Assembly (NCBI RefSeq): GCF_006345805.1
Contig: NC_042997.1
Span: 115,754,001 to 115,818,000, forward strand
DNA length: 64,000 nucleotides
Origin: Octopus sinensis
Lineage: Eukaryota
Reading direction: 5' to 3'
This document shows positions 37,960-50,126 of the stretch, in pieces. Within the stretch, counting starts at the first letter, position 1; every line of letters begins with the position of its first letter. Made by a program: the position numbers and the translations under genes. Below the pieces are notes generated by a model. It had not been told where the DNA came from and made no database searches. It saw only the letters and a list, made by a program, of their open reading frames with translations.

Positions 37960-38515
37960 AAGGCGGCGAGCTGGCAGAATCGTTGGCACGCTAGGCGAAA
38001 TGCTAGTAAGTAGCTTGCTTACCAACCATATGGTTCCGGATTCAGTCCCACTGAAGGCGGTGCTCCGGCATGGCCGCAGTCAAATGACTGAACCAAGTAA
38101 AAGAGGCTGTACCATTGATCGGATCAACTAGAACACCAGTCGTCGTAACCGACGGAATACCAGTTACAGACTTACGTAAAACACCATGTAGCTTCCTCAC
38201 TTTAATGGTATGTCACCTTCGGAGAATTCTTGAATTTCCGAATTAACAAGGCGGCGAGCTGGCAGAATCGTTAGGCGAAATGCTTAGCTGGCAGAATCGT
38301 TAGGCGAAATGCTTAGCTGGCAGAATCGTTAGGCGAAATGCTTAGCGGTATTTCGTCCCTGTGAACGCTCTGAGTTCAAATTCCGCCGAGGTCGACTGTG
38401 CCTTTCATTCTTTCGGGGTCGATAAATTAAGTGCCAGTTGTGTACTAAGCTCGATCTAATCGACTGGGCCCCTCCCCCAAAATTTCGAGCCTTGTGCCTA
38501 GAGTAGAAAAGAATT
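37960..38515 (+). mobile_element. family A SINE with internal ~290-bp duplication and 3x29-bp repeat
   Basis: AGCTGGCAGAATCGTTAGGCGAAATGCTT at 38257, 38286 and 38315. Confidence 0.8.
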
Positions 38516-38779
38516 TCCGGATTATCTCCCTTTCTCATATAGAGCTGATCTTAATCGCCGTTTAGTTTTTATGAGACATCCCTTAATCAAGAATTTATGT
38601 TGTATGGTATTTCATACCTCTGGTCACTGAGTTGTTTCTTTCAGCGCCCTTTTTATCTAAATTATGCAAATTACCTATGCCATAAATGTGTCCTACTTCT
38701 TTTTGTATAAGTCTAAGTCTGCGAGCCGCGGCGGCGGAAATACCTTAGAGATGAGAACCCAGGTTCAAAATTTCCCCAA

Positions 38780-38825
38780 GACACCTGATGAAGGCTGGAG
38801 GGTATATCAGCCGAAATGTTGTGTT
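38780..38825 (+). ncRNA. minimal type I hammerhead (stem III AAUGUU wobble variant)
   Basis: GACAC-CTGATGA-A-GGCTG..CAGCC-GAAA-TGT-T-GTGTT. Confidence 0.5.
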
Positions 38826-39359
38826 AACAACAAACAAGATGAGGATAAATATCCGTCAAATGTAAATAATGTAAATAAAGTACATAATTCTTCATCTTTT
38901 AAATATAGAACTGTTTAAAAATAGTCCCTGGGGTCGATTTGTTCGACTAAATACCTTCAAGGCAGTGCTCCAGCATGGCCACAATCAAACGACTAAAGCA
39001 AGTTAAAGAATAAAAGAATATACGTATGTCTTTGTGTTTCTGTGTCTTTGTGTCTTTCCCCCCACCACCACCACTTCACAACTGTTGTTGGTGTGTTTAC
39101 ATACCTGTAACGCAGCGGTTCAGCAAAAAAAAATCGATAGAATAAGTACCAGGTTAAAAAAGAAAAAAACAGCACTGATGTTGATTTGTTCGACTGAAAA
39201 TCCTTCATGTCCGCAGTCCAATGGCTGACACGACTAAAAGAATAAAAGAGAATAAAGCCAATCACCTTTCCTTTCACAATGGTTTCCGAATCTTAATTTC
39301 TTACAACTTAATAAACATGATAATTGAAAAAAATTAAATATCTTCTTGAATCTCTCTTT

Positions 39360-39589
39360 ATACTTTACTCTTTTACTTGTTTCAGTCATTTGACTGCGGC
39401 CATGCTGGAGCACCGCCATATAGTCGAGCAAATCGACTCCAGGACTTATTCTTTGTAAGCCTAGTACTTATTCTATCTGTCTCTCTTGTCGAACCGCTAA
39501 GTGGCGGGTCGTAAACACACCAGCATCGGTTGTCATGCGATGATGTGGGGACAAACACAGACACACAAACATACACACACACACACATG

Positions 39590-39627
<38 letters not shown>

Positions 39628-40076
39628 GTTGGGGGGACACACACAGACACACAAACATATACACACACATATAATATATATATATATATTATATGTGTGT
39701 GTATATATTTGAGTGTCTGTGTTTGTCGCCCCCCCCAACATCGCTTGACAACCGATGCTGGTGTGTTTACGTCCCCGTCACTTAGCCGTTCGGCAAGAGA
39801 GACCGATGGAATAAGTACTAGGCTTTTCTCGACTAAAGGCGATGCTCCAGCATAGCCGCAGTCATTTATATATATATATAATTATATATATATTATATAT
39901 ATATATATATATATACGACGGGCTTCTTTCAGTTTCCGTCTACCAAATCCACTCACATGGCTTTGGTCGGCTCGAGGCTATAGGAGAGGACACTTGCCCA
40001 AGGTTCCATGTAGTGGGACTGAACCCGGAACTATGTGGTTGGTAAGCAAGCTACTTACCACACAGCCACACCTACG
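39360..40076 (-). mobile_element. family B SINE with an oppositely oriented family B tail nested in its internal microsatellite (paralogs 48965-49660, 58910-59570)
   Basis: Minus tail 39360-39600, plus tail 39710-39865, minus head 39915-40076. Confidence 0.75.
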
Positions 40077-40497
40077 CCAATATTTTGTTTCTAAATACAA
40101 GACTTTACCTGTTTTTTACTCTCCACTTCCTTATAAATCGTTTTCACAATTGCAATTTTCCTGTTTAATGAGAGATTTCCTTCCTTAGTAACTTAAACAA
40201 TACAATAAATGGCAGCGTTGTAACAACTGACATTTCTTGAGGGGCCATTTGATGGATATCATTAGGCCTTACCACCTTCTAAAGAGTTAAATTCCTTAAG
40301 ATTTTCTTAAATTCTCCTTACTTTTCGTGGTTCACTGGAAATACCTTGTATTTTTAAATCATAGTAAAAAATTTCAGCTTAAGCAATCGATAAAACAACA
40401 TTAATAATCATAACATATCGAATTTAAAATTAGTTTTGACAAACTATTATTATATATATATATATATATATTTTAGTGAAATCTGGTAACGCGATGT

Positions 40498-40569
40498 GGC
40501 TCGTTGGTCTAGGGGTATGACTCTCGCTTTGGGTGCGAGCGGTCCCGGGTTCGAATCCCGGACGAGCCC
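40498..40569 (+). tRNA. trnP: tRNA-Pro (TGG)
   Basis: Cloverleaf intact, U25C and A44C variants. Confidence 0.9.
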
Positions 40570-41174
40570 TTTCGTAATGTCGAATATTTTATATTAATTT
40601 TCTTTGTATTCTAAAATAAATGGGACGTGCCTAATAATGCAACAATTTGGTGTCTCTTTAAAGGCACTTAATCTGCGGGATGGGAGTCATCTTTATGGCA
40701 CTTTAGGTTCCACTCTACAGCAATTTGGCGGGAAAAACAAACTATTAGAGATTTTGAAATTGTCAGAATTAAACGTGTGTGAGTGTGTGTGCACAGTTAT
40801 ATGTGCAGTTGTTTGTATGTATGCATGTATGTATAGGTGCATAAGTGTGTGTGTGTGTATTTTTGCAAAAAGTTTCCTAAGACTTCACAGATATTGACGA
40901 TTAACACACCATGAATCAAGTATTTACTTAATTAACAATTACGAAGAAATTGTTTAATTACACAACAGTTTAAAAGCATATTCGAGTCAGTACCTCGTAG
41001 TTTTTTTACTTCCAAATTGCAGTGGGATCGAAATTGAAATTAGTGATGCCAAACACATGAAAAATAGATGAAATGCCCTTTAAAAATCCATCATGGGGTA
41101 GCACAGTCTGGCATAATCCATTTACTTCAAAATGCATACAAAAAAATTTAAGTACAAAATATAAAACAATGTTA

Positions 41175-41246
41175 GGGCTCGTCCGGGATTTGAACCCGGG
41201 ACCTCTCGCACCCAAAGCGAGAATCATACCCCTAGACCAACGAGCC
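41175..41246 (-). tRNA. trnP: tRNA-Pro (TGG)
   Basis: Perfect canonical sequence. Confidence 0.97.
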
Positions 41247-42081
41247 ACTTCTTGTTAACAGGTTTCAGATTAATATAGATATATAAAGAAAAAAAAGTTT
41301 GTCATAAAGAAGGGAAAGTTTGTCAACACTCATTTTTTACAATATTTTAATATGTCATTATTATTATTATTAATATTATCATTGCAGAATAATGGATTGC
41401 AAATTAATATAATTTTAAACAATTTTTTTCTATGATTAAAAATAAAGAAAAAAAAGACTTCCATTGAGCAACTCACACACACCACCACCGCCACTACCAC
41501 CACCACATCTTGTAGTGATGGTTACCAAAGTTTGACACTTATTTCTTCAAAAACACTGCCACGTTGCAACACAGTATTCTTCGTCTGTAAAAATACGACG
41601 GGCTTCTTTCAGTTTCTGTCTACCAAATCCTCTCACAAGGCTTTGGTCGGCCCGATCTATAGTAAAAGAAACTTGCCCACGATGCCACGCAGTGGGACAG
41701 AACCCGGAACCATGAGGTTCGTAAGCAACCTACTTAGTACACAGCCGCTCCTACGCCTATTTATTAAATTTTTCTATTTTTTTTGGTTTGTTTTATTGAG
41801 GGTTAAACATTTTTTTTAGTTGGGGAAGACAACGCAATTTTTTAATGGGGGAGAGATAACCAAAAAGTACCCGAAGAGCTTTAAAGAGTTGACAGAAAAA
41901 CAAAAACAATTCAAATCAAACATATGAAGATGATATGCTGTACTTCACTTCATATATTTCATTAACGAGATAATATGGAATAGATTGCTAGCAAACTCTC
42001 TTGCACTCTTATAAAAATCACAAACAATGAAGACCCAACTTAGAATGAAATTAAACATTTCTCAGATAATGTATGCAAACC

Positions 42082-42465
42082 TCTATATATAAAGCTGAAG
42101 TTGTCTGTGTGTGGCAGGTTTGGTAGCCTTCAACTAACACTATCTCCTCCGAGACCCTACGGCGCAAGTTGACCAACATTGAGAGTATGATAGAAGGCTT
42201 GCTCTTCCTTCCGTAGAAGAAAATATTCAAATCAGACCATGTTAACACCAAAAATTATTTACATCAAAAAGGTGCTTTTTTTCTATGAAAATCCCAGTTT
42301 TTACGATTTTTTGACTGCTGTGTCGCCATTTTTCGGTGAATTTCAACCAGAAAAATGTTCACTTAAAGAGAATAACAAGCTACATAATGCGAAATTTTTA
42401 CTTTTCAAAAATTCCAATTCTAAAGGGTCGAAACAAACCCGAGCAACGCCGGGCAATACTGCTAG
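42082..42465 (+). mobile_element. non-autonomous Helitron
   Basis: 5' TCTATATATAAA. 3' hairpin CCCGAGCAACGCCGGG then CTAG|T. Confidence 0.7.
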
Positions 42466-42823
42466 TCATAAGACAAATGACACATATTTTGTGAGTTCCT
42501 ATCTATTGTAAGTGGTTAGCCATGTGATATTCGAAAGACTTGCGTCCTATCTAGGCAGAGAGTAACTTTCCAACCATTCGCTGCCATAAGACTGCAATTA
42601 TCCCTCAAAAACACTTCGACTACAACATTCAGGAACAAGACAACATGAAACAACGAAGGAACCTATACGAGGGGGCGGCGTCGACCCGCTAGAAACAGCA
42701 ACTAATATCATCCATTTACACTAGTAAATAGTGAGGTTACCAGATATATTATGCCTGGGGAGAAATGACAGGTTGGTCACTGCCGGAAAGCTTTTGTTTT
42801 CCACTTGCTAAATCTTTAAGTGT

Positions 42824-43124
42824 GGAGGCACATGGCCTAGTGGTTAAAGCAGCGGACTTGCGGTCGAGGTACCGTGGGTTCGAATCTCAGACCGGGCGAT
42901 GTGTGTGTTTATGAGCGAAACACCTAAGCTCAACGCGGCTCCGACAGAAGGTAATGGCGAACTTCTGCTGACTCTTTCGCCACATTTTCTCTCACCCTTT
43001 CCTCCTGCATCTTGCGGCTCACCTGTGACGGACCGGCGTCGCGTTCAGGTGGGGAACCTATACGCCAAGGAAACCGGGTAAACCGGCTCTTATGAGCCAG
43101 GGATGGCTCGAGAAGTAACAACAA
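42824..43124 (+). mobile_element. tRNA-derived SINE (family C-related head, different tail)
   Basis: TGGCCTAGTGG A box, GGTTCGAATC B box, terminal hairpin GAGCCA-GGGA-TGGCTC. Confidence 0.75.
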
Positions 43125-43550
43125 ATCTTGAAGTAGTAGCAGCACCCATGAGCCTTCCAAAAAATTTCAATTTTTAACATTTTTATCACACTATTTCCCT
43201 CACTTCCACAACTATCTTCTTTTCAATGCAGTATGCGCCTTATTGTTTGAAAAACCACCAAATGAAAATAATCCCTATTTGCATTGAAAGATCGCATTTT
43301 CAATTCCTAGACTGGGTAGTGCATTGTGTTTTGAGGCAAAACACTTCATCTCACAACCCCAAGATTCCGGATTCAGTCCCATTGAGTGGTACCTTGTGCA
43401 AGTGTCTTCTACCATAGCTCTGAAGCAACCAAAACCATATGAGTAGATTTTGTAGATGGAAACTTGGCTAGGCTTTAAAAATTCATTTTAAAGTTCTTCA
43501 TGGATACAGTTTGGTGATTAACACCAGTAAAATGTAATCTCGAATTGGAT

Positions 43551-43622
43551 GGGCTCGTCCGGGATTCGAACCCGGGACCACTCGCACCCTAAGCGAGAAT
43601 CATACCCCTAGACCAACGAGCC
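43551..43622 (-). tRNA. trnP: tRNA-Pro (AGG)
   Basis: Canonical except A44U. Confidence 0.93.
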
Positions 43623-43891
43623 GCTTGCTGTTCATGTTTAACTTTAGTAACCAATTATTATGATAGCAAGTCTTGATACAACTATTCTGTTAATCGCTTC
43701 AATGCAAGTTTATTTAATAGACTACAGGAACCAGCCTTAATCAATAGTTGTCTCCCCGTCCTACCAGTCTCCAGTCAGTCGACCGGAACTTATTGCTCAT
43801 GTACAGCTGATAGATTATGGCCGATAGCATGTTTTGTCGTTGCTTTTTGTCGTTCATATAAGTAGTTATAACTGATCACATTTTACCGGTT

Positions 43892-43963
43892 GGCTCGTTG
43901 GTCTAGGGGTATGATTCTCGCTTAGGGTGCGAGAGGTCCCGGGTTCAACTCCCGGACGAGCCC
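43892..43963 (+). tRNA. trnP: tRNA-Pro (AGG)
   Basis: Canonical, T loop TTCAACT. Confidence 0.95.
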
Positions 43964-44610
43964 ATTATATCTTACTATGTTGCTTTTTTTTTGTGTAAAA
44001 ACAAATTCCACTTTACAAAATCTTTCAAAACAATACGAGATATTTTGCACACATGTAACACATTCATACTTACATGGGGTGAAGATACGTGACTAAGTGG
44101 TTAGGATATTCGGCTTACGATCGTAAGGCCGTAAGTTCGATTCTTGGCGGTGCACTGTTTCTTTGAGCAAGACACTTCACGTTACTCCATTCATCTGGCA
44201 GAAATGAGTAGACTAGTAATTCGAAGGGCCAGCCTTGTCACATTCTGTGTCAGGTTGAATCTCCCTGAGAACTACGTTAAGATGGATGTGCGTACCTGTG
44301 GGGTGCTCAGCCACATGCATATATTAATTTCATGAACATAGGCGCAGGAGTGGTTGTGTGGTAAGTAGCTTGCTTACCAACCACATGGTTCCGGGTTCAG
44401 TCCCACTAAAGGCGGTGCTCCAGCATGGCCGCAGTCATATACTAAACCAAGTAAAAGAGTAAAAGAGACTGTACCATTGATCGGATCAACTAGAACACAA
44501 GTCGTCGTAACCGACGGAATACCAGTAACAGACTTACGTAAAACACCATGTAGCTTCCTCACTTTAATGGTATGTCACCTTCGGAGAATTCTTGAATTTC
44601 CGGATTAACA

Positions 44611-44826
44611 AGGCGGCGAGCTGGCAGAATCGTTGGCACGCTAGGCGAAATGCTTAGCGGTATTTCGTCCCTGTGAACGCTCTGAGTTCAAATTCCGCCG
44701 AGGTTGACTTTGCCTTTCATTCTTTCGGGGTCGATAAATTAAGTGCCAGTCGTGTACTAAGCTCGATCTAATCGACTTGGCCCCTCCCCCAAAATTTCGA
44801 GCCTTGTGCCTAGAGTAGAAAAGAAT
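44611..44826 (+). mobile_element. family A SINE
   Basis: GGCGGCGAGCTGGCAGAA head through GCCTAGAGTAGAAAAGAAT tail. Confidence 0.85.
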
Positions 44827-45382
44827 TTCCGGATTATCTCCCTTTCTCATATAGAGCTGATCTTAATCGCCGTTTAGTTTTTATGAGACATCCCTTAATC
44901 AAGAATTTATGTTGTATGGTATTTCATACCTCTGGTCACCGAGTTGTTTCCTTCAGCTCCCTTTTTATCTAAATTATGCAAAGGCCAGATCGAGTCAAAA
45001 TCTGAATTTTTTTTTAGAGGACTACACGAATAAAAAAAATAGTAAAACAGAAGTCAAATAATGAAACAATCATTATATTTATAAAGGAAAAAACCGTCGA
45101 GGGCCACTGGAAAGATACCTGAGGGCCGCATACGGACCTGTGACCCGCGGTTAAGAGTCGCTGCTACAAACAATAAACACAATGGCATATCAATTTTCAT
45201 TCTTGTGATTATCTCCCCTTCACAGTTGGAGCTGGTCTCTGTTGTCATTTGGTAACTGCGATACAGCCTCAACAGGCGGATATAATTTTAATAAAGCAAG
45301 AATATAGGATATTCGATACACCTACATTTGCCACTTGTGAGTAAGTTTGGCAACAGCTGGTTGATGATGAACATGGTGATGA

Positions 45383-45416
<34 letters not shown>

Positions 45417-46209
45417 GGTGGTGGTAGCTACCATTTCCCAGTGTATAAACTTACGTTTATCAGCATTCGGTGGCCTTGTGGTAAGAAGCTTACTTCCCAA
45501 CCACATGGTTCCGGGTTCAGTCTCACTGCAAGGCACCTTGGGCAAGTGTCACCTACAATAGCCTTGCGACGACCAAAGTCGTGTGTAGTGTGTGTGGGAG
45601 GTGTCTTTGTGTCTGTGTTTGTCCTCCATCACTGCTTCACAACCGGTATTGGTGTGTTTACACCCTCGTAACTTGGTGGTTCAGTGAATGGGTCCGATAA
45701 AATACGTACCAGGCTTACAAAATTAAGTCTTGTGGTTGATTCAGTCGATTATAAATTCTTCAATGCTGTGCCTCAGCATGGCCGCAGTCTAATGACTGAA
45801 ACAAGTAAAAGATAAAAGGCTCAAAAAACAGTATCTACTCCTTTGACCACTCTTCTACTCGGCTCAGTCACGTGACTTCTAGACCCCCCCCCACAGAACT
45901 TTTTATTTCGAGGCCCCATCCCTTCAATCAAAATTCATAATCTTACGCACCTTTTATTCATAGCTATATTTCACTTTATTCTATTTTCCCGTTATCCTAA
46001 AGAATACCTTTAAAAGTACAAGTTAAATTTATTTAGGTCTATTACGAATTTCAATAAGTAAATCTTCCAGATATGACTAAAAGAGCACTTTTATAATCCA
46101 GGCAACCTTCAAAGTCAAACACAGCGCACTTTTCACTTCGCGAAATCATCGATCAATTTAGAATAATCAAGCTGAGAGCTAAGTACGTGTTCAATAGAAA
46201 TCAAGTAAA

Positions 46210-46560
46210 GGCGCATGGCTCAGTGGTTAGAGCGTCGAGCTTACGATCGTGAAGTTGTGAGTTCGATTCCCGGACCGGGTTGCGTGTTATGTTCTTGAGC
46301 AAGACACTTTATTTCAGATTGCTTCAATTGTACAAATGAGTTGCGACATCACTGGTGTCAAGCTGTATCGGCCCATTTGCCTTTCCCTTGAATAACATTG
46401 GTGGCGTGGAGAAAGGAGGCTGCTATGCATGGGTGACTGCTGGTCTTCCATAAAAACAACCCTAGGTTGTGCGTTCACTGGTGAGGCGACTTTCCGCTCA
46501 GACTTGTATCCCGGAGGGGAACCTCTTAGGTGCTCCCACGGTCATTTGTGACCGACGGAG
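46210..46560 (+). mobile_element. tRNA-derived SINE (family D)
   Basis: TGGCTCAGTGG A box, GAGTTCGATTCC B box, TTCTTGAGCAAGACAC central motif. Confidence 0.75.
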
Positions 46561-47450
46561 TAGAGTTCTCTCAATAGATATCATAGACAATCCACAAAGC
46601 CTGGTACACGTTTGTGGTCCCAATGTAATAGCTTTAGAACTTTTGCAGGCACGATGTATTACTGTTATATTTCTTGAAATTTTCTGTTAACATAGATAGT
46701 TTAACTCTTGTTCAACATCTTAACCAAAGTAAACAGATGCCTCAAATACGTACTTTGATTTTTACATGGGGCCCCTCGACTGCGGAGTTCCCCTGTAATC
46801 TTTGCAACGACCCTGCTTCTATTCAAATCTCTCTGTCTTTTCTATTCCGTGTTTGATTTTTACACTGTTTACATTATAACAGGTTTTATTTTCATTGCAA
46901 TGAAAATGGTAAATCATTTAAATATATTATGGCCCCTAATACTATTCCCTAAGGTACCAATTCTGTGCAATTTATATAGTAATCATGTGATAGCTCACTG
47001 CCAAAAGCGTTTCTATCTTTAATTGTCTTCATACAATGTGTTTGTGAAAGCGCGTGGTCTAGTGATTAGAGCGTTCAGCTCTTGATTGTGAGATCATCGG
47101 TTCAATTCCTGGACCGAGCAGAATCCTTCATTCCACATTGTTCCAAATTATTCAGCTATAATGTGCATATGTATCGAGGTTGCTAGTACAACCCCTTCTC
47201 TCCCACCTCTATCTATCTATCTATCTATCTATAAGCACAAGGGTCATGGGTGACGAAGCCCGAGAATGCGTTTGTTTGCGACTACATAGGCATTTAAAAC
47301 AATTAGCGAAAGCACGGCACATGTTACCAATCCACATTCGCCCACGATTGACGAGTGGACTGTTCTAGTTCTATACATTTGCGTCTAGTCTTCCGACATT
47401 TCTAATAAATTTACCACACATGGCCTAGCTAGTACAAGTCTGTGTCACAG

Positions 47451-47493
47451 TTTAGTGTGCGAGAGGTCTCGGGTTCAACTCCCGGACGGGCCC
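47451..47493 (+). pseudogene. trnP: 3' half of tRNA-Pro (AGG-type)
   Basis: TTTAGTGTGCGAGAGGTCTCGGGTTCAACTCCCGGACGGGCCC, 5' half absent. Confidence 0.8.
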
Positions 47494-47584
47494 AATACGA
47501 TTTCTTACAATATTAATTATTTTATTGCATGAAAAATAAAATCACTTTACAAAATCTTTCAAAGCAGTACGAATTTTTATTGGC

Positions 47585-47737
47585 GCAGGCGTGACTGTGG
47601 GATAAGAGGATTGTTTTCCAACCACATGGTCCCAGGTTCAGTCCCACTGTGTGGTACTTTCGACAAATTACTTCTGCTATTGCCTCGAGCTGACTTGTGA
47701 ATGGATTTGGTAGACGGAAACTGAAGGAAGCCCTTCG

Positions 47738-47813
<76 letters not shown>

Positions 47814-48000
47814 TGTGTGTATGTATGTATGTATGTATGTATATTTATGCATGTATGTATATATATATGTGTGTGTGTGTAAGCGTGTATCTGTCTGTGT
47901 TTGCCCCCTATCATCGCTTGACAACCGGTGCTAGAGTGTTTACGTCCCCGTAACTTAACGGTTCGGCAAAAAGAGTGATACAATAAGTTCCAGGCTTTAA
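47585..48000 (+). mobile_element. family B SINE
   Basis: Head and body with internal microsatellite. Confidence 0.8.
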
Positions 48001-48063
48001 CATTAGTACAGAATCTATATTATTTACAATTGACGGATATTTGTCTTCATTTTGTTTGTTGTT

Positions 48064-48109
48064 AACACAAAGTTTCGGTTGATATACCCTCCAGCCTTCA
48101 TCAGGTGTC
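48064..48109 (-). pseudogene. degenerate minimal hammerhead
   Basis: Stem II C.A mismatch, stem III GAAACUUU broken. Confidence 0.5.
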
Positions 48110-48156
48110 TTGGGCAAATTTCGAACCTCGGTTCTCATTCCTAAAGTATTTTTTGA

Positions 48157-48216
<60 letters not shown>

Positions 48217-48235
48217 CATTATTATTATTCACACT

Positions 48236-48305
48236 GGCATATGGCGAAGTGATTAAGAGCGCGGGCTACTAACACCAAGATTCCAAGTTCGATTCCAGGC
48301 AGTGA

Positions 48306-48349
<44 letters not shown>

Positions 48350-48497
48350 TCGAAAAATACCTTAGAGATGATAACCCAGGTTCGAAATTTCCCCAAGACA
48401 CCTGATGAAGGCTGGAGGGTATATCAGCCGAAATGTTGTGTTAACAACAAACAAGATGAGGATAAATATCCGTCAAATGTAAATAATGTAAATAAAG
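48236..48497 (+). mobile_element. putative SINE: tRNA-like head + (AAT)n + hammerhead-bearing tail
   Basis: Head 48236-48309 with A-box-like TGGCGAAGTGA and B box GTTCGATTC. Hammerhead at 48397-48442. Confidence 0.65.
48397..48442 (+). ncRNA. minimal type I hammerhead (AAUGUU variant)
   Basis: Same fold as 38780-38825. Confidence 0.5.
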
Positions 48498-49178
48498 TAC
48501 ATAATTCTTCATCTTTTAAATATAGAACTGTTTAAAAATAGTCCCTGGGGTCGATTTGTTCGACTAAATACCTTCAAGGCAGTGCTCCAGCATGGCCACA
48601 ATCAAACGACTAAAGCAAGTTAAAGAATAAAAGAATATACGTATGTCTTTGTGTTTCTGTGTCTTTGTGTCTTCCCCACCACCACTTCACAACTGTTGTT
48701 GGTGTGTTTACATACCCGTAACGCAGCGGTTCAGCAAAAAAAAAAAAATCGATAGAATAAGTACCAGGTTAAAAAAGAAAAAACAGCACTGATGTTGATT
48801 TGTTCGACTGAAAATCCTTTATGTCCGCAGTCCAATGGCTGACACGACTAAAAGAATAAAAGAGAATAAACCAATCACCTTTCCTTTCGCAATGGTTTCC
48901 GAGTTTTAATTTCTTACAACTTAATAAACATGATAATTGAAAAAAATTAAATATCTTATTGAATCTCTCTTTATTCTTTACTCTTTTACTTGTTTCTGTC
49001 ATTTGACTGCGGCCATGCTGGAGCAGCGCCATATAGTCGAGCAAATCGACTCCAGGACTTATTCTTTGTAAGCCTAGTACTTATTCTATCTGTCTCTCTT
49101 GCCGAACCGCTAAGTGACGGGTCGTAAACACACCAGCATCGGTTGTCATGCGATGATGTGGGGACAAACACAGACACA

Positions 49179-49245
<67 letters not shown>

Positions 49246-49286
49246 GTTGGGGGGACACACACAGACACACAAACATATACACACAC

Positions 49287-49339
<53 letters not shown>

Positions 49340-49505
49340 TATGTGTGTGTATATATTTGAGTGTCTGTGTTTGTCCCCCCAACAACGCTTGACAACCGAT
49401 GGTGGTGTGTTTACGTCCCCGTCACTTAGCCGTTCGGCAAGAGAGACCGATAGAATAAGTACTAGGCTTTTCTCGACTAAAGGCGATGCTCCAGCAAAGC
49501 CGCAG

Positions 49506-49541
<36 letters not shown>

Positions 49542-50054
49542 GACGGGCTTCTTTCAGTTTCCGTCTACCAAATCCACTCACAAGGCTTTGGTCGGCTCGA
49601 AGCTATAGGAGAAGACACTTGCCCAAGGTGCCATGTAGTGGGACTGAACCCGGAACTATGTGTTTTTTACCTGATTTTTGCTCTCCACTTCCTTATAAAT
49701 CGTTTTCACAATTGCAGTTTTCCTGTTTAATGAGAGATTTCCTTCCTTAGTAACTTAAACAATACAATAAATGGCAGCGTTGTAACAACTGACATTTCTT
49801 GAGGGGCAATTTGATGGATATCATTAGGCCTTACCACCTTCTAAAGAGTTAAATTCCTTAAGATTGTCTTGACTTCCCCTTTCTTTTCGTGGTTCACTGG
49901 AAATTCCTTGTACTTTTTAAATTATAGTAAAACATTTCAGCTTAAGCAATCGATAAAACAACATTAATAATCATAACATATCGAATTTAAAATTAGTTTT
50001 GACAAACTATTATTATATATATATATAGTAAAGAGGTGTCCGTTAACGAGATGT

Positions 50055-50126
50055 GGCTCGTTGGTCTAGGGGTATGATTCTCGCTTTGGGTGCGAGAGGT
50101 CCCGGGTTCGAATCCCGGACGAGCCC
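50055..50126 (+). tRNA. trnP: tRNA-Pro (TGG)
   Basis: Canonical, T loop TTCGAAT. Confidence 0.97.

Larger units (their letters stand above)
35631..41593 (+). repeat. tandem segmental duplication unit U1 (deleted, MITE-containing)
   Basis: Colinear with U2/U3 but lacks the ~1.7-kb (41728-43390) and ~3.6-kb (54650-58275) equivalents. Confidence 0.85.

Noticed and set aside
41006-41258. Repeated ORFs beginning MARWSRGMILALGARGPG
   Set aside because: These are translations of tRNA-Pro genes and their flanks, recurring only because the unit is duplicated.
42824-42896. SINE heads as additional tRNA genes (also 6846, 25388, 46210, 48236)
   Set aside because: They have A/B boxes but no closed acceptor stem, and they continue into repeated SINE bodies.
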